This document shows, one piece after another, positions 17,798 through 22,891 of a DNA stretch of 22,891 nucleotides; positions within the stretch are counted from its first letter, which is position 1, and every line of letters begins with the position of its first letter. Origin of the DNA: Asterionella formosa. Lineage: Eukaryota. The notes beneath the pieces are model-generated. The model worked only from the letters and a program-made list of their open reading frames with translations. It ran no database searches and was not told the DNA's origin. The stretch covers positions 62,001-84,891 of the forward strand of contig NKIB01012257.1 of assembly GCA_002256025.1 (NCBI GenBank), read 5' to 3'. Made by a program: the position numbers and the translations under genes.

Positions 17798-18298
17798 TTA
17801 CCGTTTCCTTTTTCTCTTGCTGGCCAAGTTCCCAATCGGTAATGCTTCCTTGTTGACTTGATCGCCTCGTCCACTGCTCCGATGATCCTTGTATCGCTGT
17901 AATAATTCTTCATCCGTAATATGTACTTGTTGTTTCTTGGACGATCCTTCATACCAATCCTTGGCAAGCTGATAATTGTCATTTACAGCCTTGTTGAAAT
18001 TACCAAACGACCGTCTACCAATCAAGGGAACAGACAATGAAGGTTGTTGAACGATCAATGTGTCCTTTTGTGCTGCTACAGCAGTAGCAGCAGCTGTTGT
18101 TGTTGCTACAGTACTTCGTTTCATAAATCGCATGCCCATGGTGGAACCAGATAATGTTGCCTTGTTTGCTGACGTTGGATTTTTGTCAAGACCAGCATGA
18201 TGAATGACAGTACTTGCAGTGGACGTTGATAATGATGGTGGTGGTGTTGATTTCAAATTTATAGATGCTGCTGGTTTTGCTTGTCCTGGCTTCCACAT
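17798..18298 (-). CDS. MPP6: M-phase phosphoprotein 6 (MPP6)-like nuclear exosome cofactor, 166 aa
   Basis: Both conserved MPP6 blocks are present: LSGSTMGMRFMKR and IGRRSFGNFNKAV. Also ITDEELLQRY and a C-terminal basic KRKRKR (NLS-like). The first ATG is 18298. Confidence 0.75.
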   Translation of the reverse strand: MWKPGQAKPAASINLKSTPPPSLSTSTASTVIHHAGLDKNPTSANKATLSGSTMGMRFMKRSTVATTTAAATAVAAQKDTLIVQQPSLSVPLIGRRSFGNFNKAVNDNYQLAKDWYEGSSKKQQVHITDEELLQRYKDHRSSGRGDQVNKEALPIGNLASKRKRKR

Positions 18299-19295
18299 GA
18301 CGGATACACACACGCACTGCGAGATTGTGTCGATTTCGTAATGATTCAATTCTACGGAGTACTACCGTTTTATGGGAAGCTGAATGGATATCAGTTGTGA
18401 CGATAGTCGCCCTGTGCAGGTATTGACAACGGAAACAACTACCGATAAGTCGCCGCAAGCTGTTCGTTTTATAATAGTAACGAGGATTGAATCAAGAAGG
18501 AGAAATTCACGAGCAGAAACATAAAATTTGCATCCGACCGCACTTTTTGGCCTTGCTCTTTTTTGCTTGTTCGCTCGTTTTTTGCATCAAGCAAAGAACG
18601 GTTTCACACAATCATGGCGGTAAGATGATTGGCGGTGCGTGGTGGCCAGTTGATTGTACACATAATACAGACGGGTATCTGCCTCCTCCACATTATCATG
18701 CGGATCGTCTGTCAACCGAACGTATTTCTAGTCGATCACGTACCCGTAAATCCCGTACATTTGCATCATCATACTGGGCATGCTGACCGAAAAGTCCTGT
18801 CGCCGCCCTCAGCCTATGTACCGGTACCAGTACCAGTTACCAGGATATTTACGCACCCGAGAGAATCATATAGATCTACCGGTACTCATTTAGAGCACAA
18901 TGGACAAAAGCCATTTTTACATTGCCCACGACTCCTTCTCGCTCTTGATCGAAACGTCATTCCCATTTTCTTCTTCTCAATATTTATGTACGGACCGGGA
19001 TATACGGTTAGTTTAAAACACATTTATGGTGGGTACATACATACCGGTACAAATGTTCATAAGAACGGATATTAAATCAGGACGAGTTTGATTTTCCAAT
19101 TTTCGGCGCACTTGTGCGCAAGAAAATTAGCACAACAAGTACCGGCAACATGCTAATTTCAATAGTGACGTAGTTCAGCACCCTTGATTCTACACATGTA
19201 CCATTATTATCTTGTGTAGGTTCTACAAGGCTCCATTGTTCCGGAATTTCGCGAGCCAACCACATCATGGTTATATTCATTTGTGCGTCCTCCTC

Positions 19296-19736
19296 ATGAC
19301 AAGAAAATTCATCAGCCTCCGGCTGAAGAAATCGATTGTGGCGGAAGCCTTTTCCAAGCCAAATAACATTAAGGCGACCGCCAGGGCTTATTCTATTTTA
19401 CCTGTGCAGATCAGGCGATGGAGGACCATGTTTGCTTCCTTACCCGCTCAAGTATGGGAAGACAGCGATGAGGCTGACGATGACAATCAACAAATTCGTC
19501 AGCGATCACAGATTTTGAGCAAAAAAACAGCTCACCAAGGGTTTGTCGGGAAAAGTGTCGGTGAATTCGGAATGTTGCGTTCAACTATAGATAGTTTGAG
19601 GCAGAAAAATCAACGCTGCACCATTCGTATGCTATCTATTGAGCTTCAAAGGGTAGCTGGAAACGAACATGTTTCTCTTTCAGCTCTGTCGAAGAGGGTC
19701 AAGCGATGGATGGTGAAGGAGGGGATAGTTCTTTGA
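19296..19736 (+). mobile_element. Truncated pogo/Tigger-like (Tc1/mariner superfamily) transposase, N-terminal DNA-binding region only
   Basis: RKFISLRLKKSIVAEAFSKPNNIKATARAYSILPVQIRRWR is a Brinker/HTH_psq-like helix-turn-helix. IDSLRQKNQRCTIRML...KRVKRWMVKEGIVL*RI is a CENP-B/Tc5-type HTH, which usually ends in xLRRxT. No DDE catalytic domain follows and no TIR pair was found. Confidence 0.72.
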
Positions 19737-20048
19737 CGTATTAGAATATGTACTGGTAGCAATGTGCCACCGATACCAATGCCAGCACCTGCATTACGTG
19801 AAAGTGAATCGGTATATACTCCTCAACACTTTGATGAGCAAGAATTCTATGTAGTATACATTGCAACCTACTATATTGCTCCATTATTACATACATAACG
19901 GTAGTGGAATAGATAAGACATTCCGGTGTATCTATATTAGTATCAAATGTTGGAATGAAAATGAATTATACAGAAAAAATTGTTGGAATCGCCAGCTTTG
20001 GAGCATGTCGTCATAGTATAATACCAATCATTTCACTTTATTGCGCTA

Positions 20049-22313
20049 CTAGTCTGTTTTAGACGACAAACTAACACGAGTATCTTCTTGGAGAGATAGC
20101 ACCAATATCTTGATAGACTTTCGTACCATTGCCAAGTAATCCTCATATGTTGTCAGTGGTCGTTGTTCGTCAGACGAAAATGGTATTCCTGCTTTATCAT
20201 TATCTGCTGACTTTATTGTTGTGGTTGGTGGCTCCACAACAACAGCAGCAGGTGGAGCGGGTACAGTTGACAATGACAATCGTATGGGTACCAACCAATC
20301 ATCCATCCAAGTGGTTGAGTGGATGTTGCTGTTACCATAATTCGATTCCAGTTTTTCTGATTTCCATATTAATGACAAACTGGGACAAGACTGTAATAAA
20401 TTAGTAAATCGTTGAAAATCAAGGATAGGTTCTTTCCATAATGATGATGTATTCTTGGTTGTGGTTTCTCGAAGTTGACGTGTAGCATCAATGGATGAAA
20501 TGACACTAGTCCGTAGATGCTCCAATCCATCACGGTACACCTGACGACAAGATTCGACAGTGACTATTACTGGTGTAGTAGTGGTAGTAGCAGTCGACGT
20601 TTGTTTCATTCGGAGCATTGAACCTGCTGTATTTGTATTTGCTAGATGAACTCCCATTAGATTCCAAACAATAGCATCCAAATTGTGGCATTTACGAAAC
20701 TTGTCATTATGAATGGTTTTGGACCATTCTGGAACTCGCCATGCATACTTTCCAAGTAAGGACATACTTTCTAAGCACAAGATTTGGATGGACTGAAGTA
20801 AAGACTTGCGTGCCAACGAGTTGGCAGGTGATGTATCATCATCAGGTGACTTGCAATACAACATGATCAGTTCTCGAAAGAATCCAGAATTTAAGAGCCA
20901 CTGAGCATCAGCGTTTGCAAACTCGTCATTGAAAGCAGGATCCAAACAACTCCCGTCCATGGTACGATTGGAAATAACATCCAATAATGGCAACAATGCC
21001 CATATTACTTTGTAGTCCGAATACTTGGTCCTTGCCATTAGTATTCCAAAATCTTCGCAACATTCCAAAATACACTTTCGTACTTTGCGAGTTTCTTTCA
21101 ATGATTTGGCATGCCCCGAAAACTTGGAAAGTGATGTCAATGCAACAGCAGAAGCAGGTGCAAGTATTGTGCTTTCGTTTGGATTGGACGACGCATCAAA
21201 TGCAATTAATGATTGTACCAAGGAAAGATAATCAGGAATCAAGTCCTTCCGACCTGACAAGATTCCATCCTGTAGTACATGCAATGGTCGAATCCCAAAT
21301 GCTCTCAAACGATCATTTTCCATTAACGGGCAGTTTGGTTGTTGTACCAATAACGTTACTGTGAGTTGTGTTAACAAGTCGGACACTTTCAATGTTTTCC
21401 ACTGACTTTGCGACAATGGTGCCAACTTTGCAAACGACAATTCTTGTATTAAGTTCCCCACAGAATTTCCAAGTTCGTCCCAATGTCCTGATACTGGTTG
21501 CGATAATTTCTTTGGGTTAAATGATGGGTCGTCCCAAGCGGTCCAATCGATAGCTTCCGATTCGTAGACAAAATCGGAAGGATCTGACTCGAGTGCCCAA
21601 ACTTCGTCTGAATGTGGTGGAATACTAATATTGTTGTCATCTTGAGGTTGTGTTGTTTGATTAGATTTTTCAATTGCTTCTTCCATATTTTTTAATGTCA
21701 AGCTCTTAAGTAAGAGTTGTTGTTGTTGTTCTCCTTCGTCATCATCTACTACCCACAGTTCTGTACGTGGACCTCGATAGCTACCTAACCATCCCTCAAC
21801 TTCTGCCTTTGAAGAAGCCAGGCAACAATGTAATGGCACGTGCAAGAATGCTGCTACAGCACAACTAGCAAATCCTGCAGGAGTTGCACTCGTTTGCAGT
21901 TGCAGAGTGTCATTTGCAATAGTAGCCGACGCCACAGCCGATTCGTCCTCATTTCTTGTTGTTGTTGTTGTTGTTGCAAGTTTGCTTTCGTTGTTGACGT
22001 TGGATAGATATTTAGCAGTCCCTTGTCGAATTCCATCTACTAATCGTTCCGAAAGAGCCAATTCCTCGTTTTTATTACTTTTTGCAGCTGTAAGTGATGC
22101 AGCAAGTAAGAAACAATTGTCGTCTGAATCTACATGAGGTTCATCATAACACAAGGCACAATATGTGTCATGCAATCGTTGTTCTCGTGACGAAGTTGGT
22201 TGTTGTAGTTGTTGTTGCTTAGCAAGCAACGCATCTGCAATGGCCTTGCTGTAATTTCGTGCAAATAATGTCTGACTCGTTTCTTCATTTTTTCTCTGAT
22301 TCTTGTCGGCCAT
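20049..22313 (-). CDS. Hypothetical protein, 754 aa, mostly alpha-helical with Gln/Thr low-complexity runs
   Basis: Long uninterrupted ORF with AAAATGG start context and diatom-like Q/T homopolymer inserts. I recognise no domain. Confidence 0.8.
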   Translation of the reverse strand: MADKNQRKNEETSQTLFARNYSKAIADALLAKQQQLQQPTSSREQRLHDTYCALCYDEPHVDSDDNCFLLAASLTAAKSNKNEELALSERLVDGIRQGTAKYLSNVNNESKLATTTTTTRNEDESAVASATIANDTLQLQTSATPAGFASCAVAAFLHVPLHCCLASSKAEVEGWLGSYRGPRTELWVVDDDEGEQQQQLLLKSLTLKNMEEAIEKSNQTTQPQDDNNISIPPHSDEVWALESDPSDFVYESEAIDWTAWDDPSFNPKKLSQPVSGHWDELGNSVGNLIQELSFAKLAPLSQSQWKTLKVSDLLTQLTVTLLVQQPNCPLMENDRLRAFGIRPLHVLQDGILSGRKDLIPDYLSLVQSLIAFDASSNPNESTILAPASAVALTSLSKFSGHAKSLKETRKVRKCILECCEDFGILMARTKYSDYKVIWALLPLLDVISNRTMDGSCLDPAFNDEFANADAQWLLNSGFFRELIMLYCKSPDDDTSPANSLARKSLLQSIQILCLESMSLLGKYAWRVPEWSKTIHNDKFRKCHNLDAIVWNLMGVHLANTNTAGSMLRMKQTSTATTTTTPVIVTVESCRQVYRDGLEHLRTSVISSIDATRQLRETTTKNTSSLWKEPILDFQRFTNLLQSCPSLSLIWKSEKLESNYGNSNIHSTTWMDDWLVPIRLSLSTVPAPPAAVVVEPPTTTIKSADNDKAGIPFSSDEQRPLTTYEDYLAMVRKSIKILVLSLQEDTRVSLSSKTD

Positions 22314-22648
22314 TTTAGAAGTTGTATATATTTTATCTCAAGAATCAATGACAAGAAGAAACAATGAATGACAACGACTTGATTGTCGTGATTAACAAAA
22401 TAGTAAATGCAATATATGTCTATGTAAAATGATGATTTATTGACGGGATCGTATAAACAAACAACAAAAATGAAAAGGGCGGAGCGACGCCGCAGCAGCA
22501 AGAATGGACGGGGCTGAATAAAATTTAGGTAAGTAAGTATTGCTGTTGTTTTTCACCGCCCTCTGGCGGCTGTACAAAAATCCAACAACAAAAATTGGAG
22601 GCTGGATACCGGTACCGGTATTTGAGTAACAAATATGATGCATATGCA

Positions 22649-22790
22649 TACTGGGCGCGCTCTGATAATAAAAAATTATTATATCATGTGTGTATTATAA
22701 CACAAATTATTCTGGTGATCTGCTACATAATATCGTCCTTGCGCTCTGATAATAGAGATATTTTAGATTACTTCTCTGACATTATATATA
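22649..22790. repeat. Repeated GCGCTCTGATAATA motif in AT-rich DNA, possibly the end of a DNA transposon running out of the window
   Basis: A 14-bp exact repeat at 22657 and 22741, plus a degenerate CTCTGACATTA near 22774. The block starts with TA|CTGGGCGCGC. Confidence 0.4.
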
Positions 22791-22891
22791 TTTTTAACTT
22801 TAATTTTCAACAGTTAAATTTTCATATCGATGCATCCTCTTGTATGCTATGCCGCCTCTTGTTCATTATATGCATGCGTTCTATATATTCA

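Noticed and set aside
18629..19075. 148-aa plus-strand ORF
   Set aside because: TTG start, crosses low-complexity GTACC repeats, and shows no protein-like motif.
12715..22575. Shared 12-mer TGGCGGCTGTAC at ~12716 and ~22564
   Set aside because: Same orientation with no extended similarity. Chance 12-mer matches are expected in a 23-kb window.

Overview
Eukaryotic nuclear DNA from a photosynthetic stramenopile, most likely a diatom (aureochrome, ASAFAP-type presequence, short GT-AG introns, compact genes). The left block (82-9377) holds five genes: a putatively plastid-targeted PPR-like protein (-), an aureochrome 1c-type bZIP-LOV blue-light transcription factor (+, one intron), a dimethylglycine/sarcosine dehydrogenase (-, one intron), an 87-aa Cys-rich membrane peptide (+) and a TPT/DMT-family transporter (-). 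A gene-free, AT-rich island (~9.6-16.3 kb) follows. It contains a 152-bp TIR element, two 94-bp TA-flanked MITE copies, tandem arrays and an intron-retaining DBP5/DDX19 DEAD-box helicase pseudogene that the ORF track largely misses. The right block holds a HAD 5'(3')-deoxyribonucleotidase-like gene (+), an MPP6-like gene (-), a truncated pogo-type transposase (+) and a 754-aa unknown protein (-). Intergenic DNA is rich in GGTACC/TACCGGTA palindromic mini-repeats. I found no clear-cut novel multi-gene system. The best leads are the MITE-bracketed DBP5 fragment, the stop-free in-frame aureochrome intron containing a TGACGT box, a promoter module shared by two loci, and possible dual targeting of the HAD protein. 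Family calls come from motif recognition, not from database searches.
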